Shown here piece by piece: positions 52,105 through 63,039 of a stretch of DNA of 64,000 bases (position 1 is its first letter; the number at the start of each line of letters is the position of its first letter). Below the pieces are notes generated by a model that was not told where the DNA came from, searched no databases, and saw nothing but the letters and a program-made list of their open reading frames with translations. Source of the DNA: Lepidodermella squamata. Taxonomy: Eukaryota > Animalia > Gastrotricha. The stretch spans positions 2,914,001 to 2,978,000 of the forward strand of contig JBLDXI010000020.1 of NCBI GenBank assembly GCA_047495785.1, given 5' to 3'. The position numbers were made by a program, and so were the translations under genes.

Positions 52105-53412
52105 ATGATCAGTCTGCCGGCAGACAGTGCCTTGGAAGATGATTGGGACGTCATGAATGGCGACCTGATCCGACCACTGAATAAATGCGAGATCTGTGAC
52201 CGAGAGACAAGAACTGCCACGGGTTTGGTTCGCCATCGGCAATACGTTCATGGTATTGTCGATGAAAAGCCTCCTTCCCCAGTCAAGCCTTCAAAGACCA
52301 TTCAATTTGTGGTAAGTCTACTTTGTTTTCAGACGTCATCATTCATTTTCATCTTTTGTAGTATAAACCGACTCTGGCCACCTCGCAAGACATCGCACAG
52401 AGCAAGCAGGCCAAGAATGTCAATCAAGAAATCAGGCCAACTGCAAAAATTCAGCCTATTCCCGTTGATATTATTGGTAACAACAGCAGCATTGAGCCAA
52501 TTGATGATATTGTCCAAAGCCCCGCTATTCCTGCCTCGCCTGTCAAACGGCCTAAAGTCCTCAGCATCGTTCCTGTCAATGTTCCTGTTACTATACCAAA
52601 ATTCGGTATTCAAGAATTCATTAATCAAAAGATCGTTGGCGTAGTTCAAAAAGTGTCTACATCTCTTCAAATACATGCTAAAGTGATTTCGAGCTTCAGC
52701 AAGGCAAGTTTCGATGAAATTCCATTTCTTTTTGTTGAAATTCTGTGTGATGCTTCAGGATTCTATTTCGCGATCCATCTTCCTGTTGGAAAGATCCGGG
52801 GATCAAGAGCTGATAATTTTCCTCATCTTCACGGAGGAGCATAAAAATGACCCAAGCCGTGTGATTCTGTCACGATTTGGCGCTCCGAGCTTCGTCAAGG
52901 CGCTGAGCGAGAGCCATCAGGGCTTTTACTCCGAGCTGTTCGCGACTACGGTTCTGGCCTATCTCGATTTCGCCCACTCTTCATCAGCCTATGAACACCT
53001 CTACGTTTCGACCGAGTCTCTATTGAGTGAAGATGACGCGCAAACGCCGAGAAGAGACATTTTCAACTCTGTCGATCCGCTGAAATTTTCAGTCGCTTGG
53101 CTGCAATCGATTTTCATCGATGCTAAACGTTTCTCTATCATTCATCCGTCTAGTGATTTACTATTCGCTGGGCCGTTCTATGTTTCGCAGTTTATGAAAG
53201 CCGATAGCAAAAAGTCGAAGCCAAAAGTGTTTACGGAGGCTACTCATGAACGATTTCCTCGACACCTTACCGAACCACGGCGGTTCTCTGACTTTTGCCG
53301 CCGATTTCAGTTACGATTCGAAACAGTTGCAGAAGCCAGCCAATCTACCAAACAGATTTTCGAAAGCAAATCATCGGTAGAAAGCCGGAAGAGGAAAATT
53401 GCGGCGCATTGA
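52105..53412 (+). CDS. C2H2 zinc finger + divergent KAT11-like domain (ZK-B), 3 exons including a GC-AG intron
   Basis: CEICDRETRTATGLVRHRQYVH; IQEFINQKI; SIFLLERSGDQELIIFLIFTEE; RVILSRF; VLAYLDFA; LRFET..SQSTKQIF; RKRK. Confidence 0.75.
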
Positions 53413-53639
53413 GTTGTTTTTTTTTCGTTGATAAATTCTTGAAATAAAATCTTTTTTTTTCGTTCTCATCGGCTTTTGAAAATAACTCTCTCCATAACGG
53501 ACTAAGCATCACGGACTAGAATGAAGCCAATAAAAAATGCTTGAACTTCCTGTAAGATTTCCGAAACATATTGGAAACATACTGGAACTCTTCGTTCAAT
53601 CATTTCTAGTATGCAGAAGCAAATGGATGCAAATGGCTC

Positions 53640-53970
53640 TAAGAATTAGCTGGGACGCAATAAGAGTAAACGACATGAGGGCAAACGAGCTAAGAGCAGA
53701 ACGTCATAGAGCAATTTCCGATGATAAGCCAACGACAAAAAATGACACACGCGATTTCGTCCACGATTTGGTGTTTCGTCCGAGTTTTCAAGTGAAAGGG
53801 GAGCCAGTTTAACAGTAATTTAGGCTGCTTAATCGGTCTAAATTCGCTTGACAACTTTCAGAAAAAACCAAGTCGCGTGTCATTTTTTTCCTTGATTCAT
53901 CATCCAAAATTGCTCCTATATGCTCTTTGCTCGTTTTCTCCTAAATCGCTTGTCGCTTGTCCTTAATTCA
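53640..53970. mobile_element. Degenerate palindromic MITE
   Basis: Inverted blocks AAACGAGC.AAGAGCA..GAGCAATTT / AAATTGCTC..TGCTCTTTGCTCGTTT and AAAAAATGACAC..GCGA / TCGCGTGTCATTTTTT. Confidence 0.5.
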
Positions 53971-54426
53971 TATAATCATAAAAGTGTGCTGAAATGATTG
54001 TCATTGGTCATAGCACCATGCAAATCCCATTGTTATCGAATGGAGATGAATGATTGCACCTTTTTGGAGGAAATTATTTCACGGATAGCAGACCTCACTA
54101 TACTTCTGTAAGTACGTTTGTGCTAGTCCCACGTCCATCATTGGCGCTTGCACTGACCGCGCAAGTAGGACATGCCCCAGATTTCACAGATGACCATTTC
54201 TCTCTGGATTCAGAATCTAGCAATTAATTTTCTTCTTATTCCCGCAGTACATTAGTACTTTTCCCGATTTATTAAGAAAGAAGAAAAAGCATTATCCTAT
54301 CAATTTAGCTCCTGCACTGGTCATTATAATCCGGGGTAATAATGCAATCAGCCGCACGCGGCTTAGGTCATCTTCAGGGCTTTTTTAGCAGTTTCTTACC
54401 TTGCTTATTCGACATCAATTTCGCAA

Positions 54427-57400
54427 ATGTTTCTCGCTCAAAAACTCTCAAGGCCCTCAGAAAATATCTCAGCTTACATGAAGCATATCGCCCGGCCTTT
54501 TTACGAGCTGATGGACGACGAGGAAGTCGTTCGAGTGGCAGCAGTTGACCGAAGATCATCAGTTACAATAGTCGCCGATTCATTGCATAACGGCTGCTTG
54601 AAGTTTGGCGAATGTCTGCGGGCAAACCCGCAAACCAAAATCGGGAAATTTACCCAGTATTTCCAAGTTACTGTGTTCTCAGCAATTCTGATCACAGCTA
54701 TCTTCGTTCAAATCATACCGGAGATTGAACAAAGTACAGCTCGCAGTGCACGAACAACGCGTTTGATCAGGTTGAACAAAATGGTGTTCGAGCTTTACGA
54801 CGTCATTAATGTTTTACTCGGTTCGACCCACCATTAAACATCACTTGATCAGTATAAATTGCATTCCCTTAGATGAGATGGAGCCTTCTTACATGTACAA
54901 TCAAGGGCCCTACGATATCTTCCAGCAGAATACCCAAAAGCTAATGCAAGCTGTGGATATGGTATGTTTTGAGCCCCTCTTTTCGTTGAATATTTCATTG
55001 GGACCTCTTTCCTTTCCTTGAAAGAAACTCATTTACGTCGATAATTGGCCGACTGATCTGTCAGCTCTACCTGTAGCAAGCCGCGTTAACGTCTCATCAA
55101 TTCTCGTCCTGAGAGCTTCTATGAGATACATTCGCGAATCGAGAAAGGTTGATTTGTAATCCATTCCTTTTTCATCACACTCATGACATCTACGTTTTAG
55201 GCCGAAAATGGGACGGATGGTGATTTTCCATATTAAATGATATTCCGTTTTTGATTGATAATTCATGCACCAGAGGCTGAAGTCATCAGGTTTTACTCAT
55301 CAATTGTTGACAGCCTTGCTATACTTGTGCGAACGAGCACAATCAACTCTGACAGATTTCCGGGTTGGGGAGAGTTCTTCTCCATTTTCTACACATTTCA
55401 AACAGTAAATTCTCGGGTTGACTCATGATTCCCAAGCTTAATCTATTATACAGCTTATCAACTTTCGAAAGTATGCCATCATCACAACGAAGCTAATTGC
55501 TGAAAGTAAGGGAATAGTCGCGATTAAGAGAAGTTATTAAATAATATTTTATCAATAGATCGAACAGTCACACTCAAAGACCCAGTCTATCGATCCATAA
55601 TAGATTTCTATAGCCGTTTCAATGCTTTCACCACATTGATAGCCATTCCGTCTGATGCTGGCGCGGCAAAAGTTGCAAATCTGACTGATCAGGAAGCAGC
55701 TACTCAGCTCGAGAAACTCTACAGATATGTATGCTTCAGTTGCCTATTTTCTTAGGGTAGTGGCTAAACAACATATCTATGGAATTCCAGGTTGCCATTC
55801 AAGATTTCAGTACGCCCTTCGTAGACGACTGGGTTGCTGTCATGAACGCCCATCAAACACATATTAGCGATATCATCACATCTATGTCTGCAGTTACTCG
55901 CAAAGCTTTGGAATATAACTCTACAGCGTGGAGTGACCGAGATTTGTTGTGTAAGATGCATTCCAAGAAGTAGGCTTCATATTAGTTCATCAATTCTTAA
56001 TCTCAAGCATTGGCACTGTTCATCGCCGCTGTTGTTACGGCTGTCTTAGCCATAGTTCTACATTATGTCGCTACAGCACGATTGCAAGCCCAGATCCTTT
56101 ATTCCTACGGGAACTTGCATATGCTTAACGAGGTATGCATCTTATGGGACGTATCTTCTGATTACAAGGTCTTTTTAGGCCATGAATTTGGTCTACGAAG
56201 GTGTGCCGCCGTCTTTTGTCAAATCCGTGAAAGCCGGTCACAAGTCTAACCAGCCTTATCACTTTTCAGGTATTTTTGCATCAATCTGTGCTGTGGGCCC
56301 CCAACTTGTTATCTGTAACTCGTTGTTCACCATAACATTTTAAACCGAAGATACCTGCGTTCTAATGTTGGATATGTCCAATATGAGCAATTTGTACGCG
56401 TCACTTGAACCATCCGAGCTGCTCGATGTTTTAACATCTTACTTCTCCTTTGTAAGTACTTATCTCAATTATCCTCCGACCGAATGCAGTTGCCATTGTT
56501 CTCTAGATTGAAGAACACATCAACAGATACAATTGCTTCAAAGTATGTTTTATTTACGATTTTACTTGTAACAGGAAACTTAAAAACTTTTGTCAGATCG
56601 ATGTGCACGGTCTGTTAAAGCATAAGTACATTTCGACCAGCTATCATTTTCGGCTTCAATTTAGGAGATTCGTTTTGCATAGCGTCCGGCGTCGGAGAAC
56701 GACATATGATTGTGAGGCTAAACATCATCTGTCTAAAAGATTATTACATTTTTCCTCATTAGGACCATGTTGCTGAGGTATCTGTGGAATAATTTCCCAT
56801 TTTTTCTAATAACCAGTCGTTCCTCTTTGAAGATGTTGTTCCTAGCCCTTGAGCTGATGGAAAATCTTTCTGGGATGAAAATTGACGAGTACGACGTATT
56901 CATTTTTCTGCGGATGGCTCTTCACTGCGGTTGGTTCAATATTAACTCACCATTTGATTCACGCTTTGCCTTTCTTATTTGAAATCACAGGACCCTGTAT
57001 GGCAAACTTGTTCACTCATCTACGCCTGCCTCAGATGGGCATTTTCGGACCACTAATGCCAACTGTTGCTCTCGTGCACTCAGTTGCTTTACGTAAGCAA
57101 GAAGTATCATCTAGGCTCGCCTTTTCTTGGGCTATCCAACGACACCCCACTCATCGGGTTTTACCTAAGTGACCCAACCACTCAAAGTCTCATAGGAAAG
57201 GGAACTTTGAACTTCTACCTCTAGGCTTGGATTTCAGATACATATTACAGTCCTATTTCTACACAACTTGAAATTCGATTTACGCCAAAATTTCTGAGTC
57301 TTTAGGAAACTTACCTATTACGTCGAGCCTATCCATAACCGGCTCTTCAAGTTTGAAATCCTCAGATCGGAGAGTTCAACTTGTTGGTACGAAAATGTGA

Positions 57401-57728
57401 TTCAGATGACGATCGTTGATGGTGAAAATCGATTCCCCACCATATGAACTTCCAGAGAATGCATTTGTAAAGAATTCAATCTTATTGTATTCCTTTCAGC
57501 CAATCAAGTTCTGGTGACATCCGTTGTAGCAGAACGGCTTTGGGAGGTGGACGAATTTCTATTCCGCGAGAGAGGCCCACTTCGGGATAATGTGAATACT
57601 TAAATTATCTTTTTAAACTTCTTACCTTCTTTTTCATTCAATAGAAATTGGGGATAATTTCAACTTACGTTGCACAATGGGACAAAGGTGAGCCGGGTGA
57701 CGAAGACCAGAGCGTGATCGACTCTTAA
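54427..57728 (+). CDS. NIT-type receptor guanylyl-cyclase-like protein GC3
   Basis: ANPQTKIGK, TM1, EVIRFYSSIVDSL, TM2, DTCVLMLDMSN, FK|IDVHG|DS, LRMALHCG, LPQMGIFG, FRERG, STY. The start codon is uncertain. Confidence 0.8.
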
Positions 57729-57987
57729 GCCTATTGACAATCTTGAAAAACGGCATATTCCTTGAAGAAATATATTCCTTGTAGCACTATTGTCCCAATA
57801 AATTATAATCCGAAAAAGCAACAATCCGCCTTAACAAAGTCACGTTTATTCTATCAATCGAAAATTGAAACTTCAATAAGGTAGAAGAAACACAGTTAGT
57901 TTGAAACTCGGCTTTTGTGCGATTTTTGCAACAATAAAAATGACGAGGCGAAAAAAAATTGAAGAAAAATCAAACAAAAAATGATCA

Positions 57988-60900
57988 TCAGAAAGTGGAT
58001 ACGCAAGCTTCGGAGGCCAGCAGGCTCAAATGGCGTAAGATGTGGGACGTCGATCGCGAGGCACTCGTCAACGAATCGAATCGCCAGTCGTTATTGCGGC
58101 ACTTTTCCTTGAATTTAGCCGCGCAGGACAGGTAGACCGGGGTTGGAATAATCGCCGAGATCGCGGCTTCAGACAAACTCGCCGCGGAATTGCTGCTATT
58201 ACCCCCGCCGATTTTCGGCATCAATCTCACGAGGAAAAATCGATAATGGGACATGAGGTCGAACAAAATCGAATCTCGCATCGATCGATTTTGCGTTGAT
58301 TTTTCGCTTTCAAACAACTGCCGGGGCGTTTTAGCCATGCGTTCGATAACAGCCGCCTCAAAACGATGCGGCCAATCGTCGCCGCGGTCGATGAAAACCG
58401 GCGGTTTGAAGGTGTGGTCCTTCTGGAATCGGTCGACCAGCGACTCGAAGCCTTGAACAACGCCCTGTCGAACGGTTTCTTCCAACGTCTTCATCAGCCA
58501 ATCTTGGCTTAGTCGAACTCGGCTTGTCGAGACTAGATTCGATCCGTCGTAGAAAATCGGGTCTTCGGACATGTTCGCGCTATTTTCGTTGTTCATCGAA
58601 ATGTCCTGCGTTGTGATATAAATCTGTTGATAGCCGTCGTTTCTCAGACACGTGATGTAGGCGGAGATGAGGTGTTTGAACAAATCGTTGTGCCGTTCGT
58701 CTTCCAACTCGTGCACATCGCCGGGTGGGCCGAAATGCGTGATGAAGGCGCATTTCGCGGCTGGAACTTCTTGTGCGAACAGGGCGAATGTGATTGACTG
58801 GACCGAGGTGTCGTTGCCGGCTGGGAGGCTTTCGAATAAAAATAGAGTGCGAGACGTGGACTCGAAGCGGAACGAATGCGGCAGTTGGAACATCAGTTTT
58901 GAAAGGCGAGTGAGCTATAAATAAATAAGTAAACATTTAGTAAACGCAACCACCTTAAAATAGGTCATGACCTCTTAAATAAATGCAATAAATGCAATAA
59001 GTGTTCGCTGTATCTATCTGTCGTAATCTTCCTTTGTGACCTAGTTTCTTCCTTCTGAAACTAGGTCACTAGCAATATTATAGGCGAGTTAGCTACGTTC
59101 GAGCTTTCAGAGATTTTTATGATAAAATTAAAAAAATCGTACCTCGAAAATATTTTTGATATTTGAAACTTGGCGGACGTAGATTTTCGCCGGTACATTA
59201 GCGGGTTTTGACGGCGCTGCTGCAGCATCAGTGGTAGTATCGGCTTCCATAACGTTGTCCGCATTGTTCTCCGTATTATCGGCCATTTTCTCGCGCAGAT
59301 AGCTCAATAGTTCTTCCTCAATTCGTAGGCTATAAGCCGAGTGAGGAATCGCTAAAAATTGAAGAAAAAATGATTTTAGATTTTTTGATTTTGTTAATTT
59401 AAGATTTTTAGAAATTTTATAAAATTTGAAAAAATTTTACTTAAAAAATAATAATTTTCGAATAAAGAAAAATCAGTAAAAATGATGAAAAAAATCGATT
59501 ATACCTTCGACGCTTCCTGCTGGCATTAATTTTTCAATGGGAATATCACTGAAAGCCGTCGTAGGCCGACTCATCAACTCGCTGCCATTCCCATCGTAGA
59601 CGTAATCATTCAACTCATCGCCATCAACTTTCGCCGAATTGTACAAGTGAACAAGGGTCCGATGGCGGGTAACGCCACCCTTCGTCGTGAAAAACACGCC
59701 GCATTCGTTGCACCGAGTCGTAACCGTTTCGCCCGAGAAGGTCTTCGCCGAATCACCGTTAGCTGTAGCGCCATGTTCCGTGGCTTGGTGAGAAATGAGA
59801 TCGCCGAGATTATGGAATTTTCGCTTTTTCTCGTTCGGGCACAGCGAGCATTTGAAACTGGTTTGATTGCCGGTCGAGCCGAAGTAGTGTTCACCTTCAG
59901 AATCACTTGAGCTTCCGAAATCTGGCTCTCGTGGTGCCGCATGAGATCTGCCCTATTTCAAAAAAGAATTAAATTTTTAATAAATTCGGAAAAATCGAAT
60001 AAATAAAATTCTCAATTTAAAAAATTAAAAAAAATCAGTGAAATTCAAAATTAAATTTTATTCAAATTTTTAGAGATCAATTACAATTTTGAAAATTAAT
60101 TTAAAAATTATTTTCCTCGGAAATCATTTTAAATATTTGAAATTTGAAGCACAAAAAAGTTGGTTTTGCAACTCACCTTATGAACAGCCAGGCCCATTTT
60201 AGTTCCGTATACCGCGCCGCATTCTTCGCACTTGAACATGACACTGGTCACTTCTTCATTCTCATTATTAGCCGCCTGTTGTTGGGCCGGTACTTTGATA
60301 CTTCTCCTCGGCAATTTCGCTTGCCCGTCGCCATTCGCCGCTGAATTTCCATTGCTATGGCTATTCGCATTATTCCCACCGCCGCCACCGTGAATTTTGC
60401 CGCGGTGAACTGCGAGACCCATAAATGTGGAGAAAATCACGTGACACTGCTCGCATTGCTGGTCGTTGTCGATGAATCTCTGCGCCGATCCTTCCCGCTG
60501 TCCGGCGCAGTCACGCGTCATTTGGTGCTGATGCAAGTCGGCCAGAGTTCGGAAGTAAAGCTTCAGCGGTCGGCATAGCGAGCATTCGTAACTCGTTGAA
60601 ATCGGCTCTTTGATGCTTTCTTTACTCGGCGCCTGTTGCGAGGGCGTGGAAATTTCGGCTTTTTCGACTTTGGCCTCGACGGGTTGGACAACGGGACGAG
60701 TAGCTGAACTAGCCGAGTTGTTGACTTGGCTGACGGATAGGCGGGATCGTTTGAGAACGGGCGCGCGATCTGGCGAGGAGATAGATCCATCTGACCCAGA
60801 TTCGGACACTTCTTCGTCGCTTATTTCACCTTCACAGCTCTCGGCTTCATCTTTTACCTACAAATTGGTATAAGTATTAGGAAAAGATTAAAATTAAGAT

Positions 60901-61886
60901 TAGGATTAGGATTAGGTGCTGCTGGAAATTATTCCGCGAAAAAATGTCTAAAAAAAATAAACCCGCGAAAATTAATGGACTGGGGAGGAAATCGAAAATC
61001 AAATGATTCATCACAATTCTACAAGATGAAATACCGAAAATTACCGAACCAGTTATCATCGGGGTTTCCCGAGTTTTCACCGGTAAATTTTTCATTTTCA
61101 TTTTTTTTGGTTTTATACCGCTGATTAAAGATCAAGTTTTCTCTATATGTTTAATTTTTTTAATTATTTGAATTTTCTACAAAAAATTGCCAGATTAAAA
61201 AGTAGTTGCCTGACTTCTGGGACACGCTGTAATAATTTCTAGATTTTTCTCAAAATTATCCATAAAAAACTAGTATGCGGATTTATCCTAAATTTAGAGA
61301 AAAAACTACAATTTTCTAAAAAAAACGAGGCCATGTGTGAGTAGTAGACCATCATTCAGAAAATTCAAACATTAATTTTCTAATCACCAAAATTTAAAAA
61401 TCACAGCAGCCTAATTTTATAGGTCAAAATGCCATATCCTTTATTTTACACCAGATTATTTGCCACGAGATGGGGTATTTTCCCGCGATTGAAAAATTGC
61501 AAGGCCCAAGGTTCAAATTAAAAGTGAAATCATGGCAAATTATTTTAATATTTTGGAAAAATCGAAATTTTACCAACCTTATTGCTTGATTCGTCATCGG
61601 CAGTTTTGACTTTTTTCCGCCGCTTCGTCGCATTGGCCTGCTGCGTCGCCGCCTGCGTATGATCGACCCCATTTAAATTGTACTGAGCCTGCGTGCCATT
61701 ATGACTACGCCCTGTGTGGCACCAAAACGCCGGCATGCTAGCCAATAACAGGCCACACTGGTTACACTTGACAAATTTAGCCACCGAAGTCGAGCCGATG
61801 ATTTGCGGGCACTCGTCGCGCTGATGCTGCAGCACATCGGGCAGGTCGTGGCCGATTTTTCGGCACAACGAACAGCAAAGCGGCAT
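57988..61886 (-). CDS. Seven-zinc-finger + divergent p300/CBP (KAT11) HAT-like protein (ZK-C), 5 exons
   Basis: Exons ~61886-61578, 60857-60177, 59952-59505, 59351-59142 and ~58914-57988 splice in frame; HK|GRSH completes a finger across an intron. The C-terminal part aligns in order with p300 HAT motifs. Confidence 0.8.
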
Positions 61887-62452
61887 GTTATGTAGTTAAA
61901 ATCGGATAATATTCAGTATAGGTAGTTTAAAGGTTATAACACAGCTCGCTGGAATCTAAAGAGCTTGGAAAGAGTACGAGATGTTTAGAATGGAATCCTA
62001 ATTCCAGCTTATCGTGCGCCACATCGCATAACAGGCGGCCGGCCACATGTCGCAAAGCGCGCTCGTGAATGAGAATATTACGCCTGCGTTGTTAGTACTA
62101 TTATTACTATCCATACACGGCCACATCCCGCCGCCACAGCCGTTAGCTTTTGTGACACGTGGCGTGTGCTTTGCCCTATATAAAATTACGCGCCAAAGGT
62201 AAATAAAAGAGCCTGCTGCACCTTGAGAGCTGAAATCTTGATTTTTCATGACCTTTCAACAGAACAAAATTATGATTTACGGCAAAAGCTTGTATTTCGG
62301 ATAAAACTATGTTTGCCTGATCTAGAAAATCAGGAAAAAAAATTGAAATTTTAAGAACGTGCAGAGGTGTTGATTTCCGATGACTACAAATTTCTGAAAT
62401 GTTTACATTTAAAGTGATTACTCAGCGCCACCATCAAATTGGACTGGTAATA

Positions 62453-62958
62453 CAGTGCAGAATCGTTATAAGGAAGGGGTATATAACGAAATTTTGTTAT
62501 AATGAACGAAAATTGCTGGCCCGTGCCGAACTAGGCTATTTGCATGTGAACAACATTTGTTGTAACGAACATTTTATAAGGAACTTTCTCCGTAACAAAC
62601 GCCGCGAGGTGGCCCGCTCGTGCGTCAACACGGGCATTTTACCATAGTTATTACGAACCTGAACATTCTAGTGAATATTTTTTGAATTTTTATCTGAAAT
62701 TGGGGCTAAAAAATGCCATATCAGAAATTCCTGAGAAAGAAAATTCTTCATCCGATGAACTTTATCTTGAATTATCAGCCTGATCTGGGATGAATGGGAC
62801 GATCATACTACTGAAAAATGAAGAATAAAAGCAATAAAATCGAGAAAATCCCAATAAGGTAAGGCCAACTAAAGCAACCTTGTTGTTGTAGTGAACTATT
62901 GCTATAGCGAACGTTTTATTCTGGCATTATACGAGTTCGTTATAACGATTCTGCACTG
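62453..62958. mobile_element. Tc1/mariner-pogo type MITE with TA TSD
   Basis: TA|CAGTGCAGAATCGTTATAA ... TTATAACGATTCTGCACTG|TA, with internal TATAACGAA repeats. Confidence 0.85.
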
Positions 62959-63039
62959 TATTCGGGATATTAACTAATCGAATTTTTCTGAATTTTCTTT
63001 TAATTTTTAATTTATTCTCAATTTTCAGCTGGTCTCCAT

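Noticed and set aside
42651-57728. Cyclase-like loci as decayed pseudogenes
   Set aside because: The apparent stops fall in short GT-AG introns at positions shared across paralogs, and the exons I traced splice in frame.
16168-60873. Numerous antisense or alternate-frame ORFs overlapping the receptor and ZK genes
   Set aside because: They are shadow ORFs of real coding exons; their recurrence reflects paralogy of the sense genes.
57988-61886. Naming ZK-C as CBP/p300
   Set aside because: No KIX, TAZ, bromo or ZZ domains are visible and the catalytic residues are absent, so no gene symbol was assigned.
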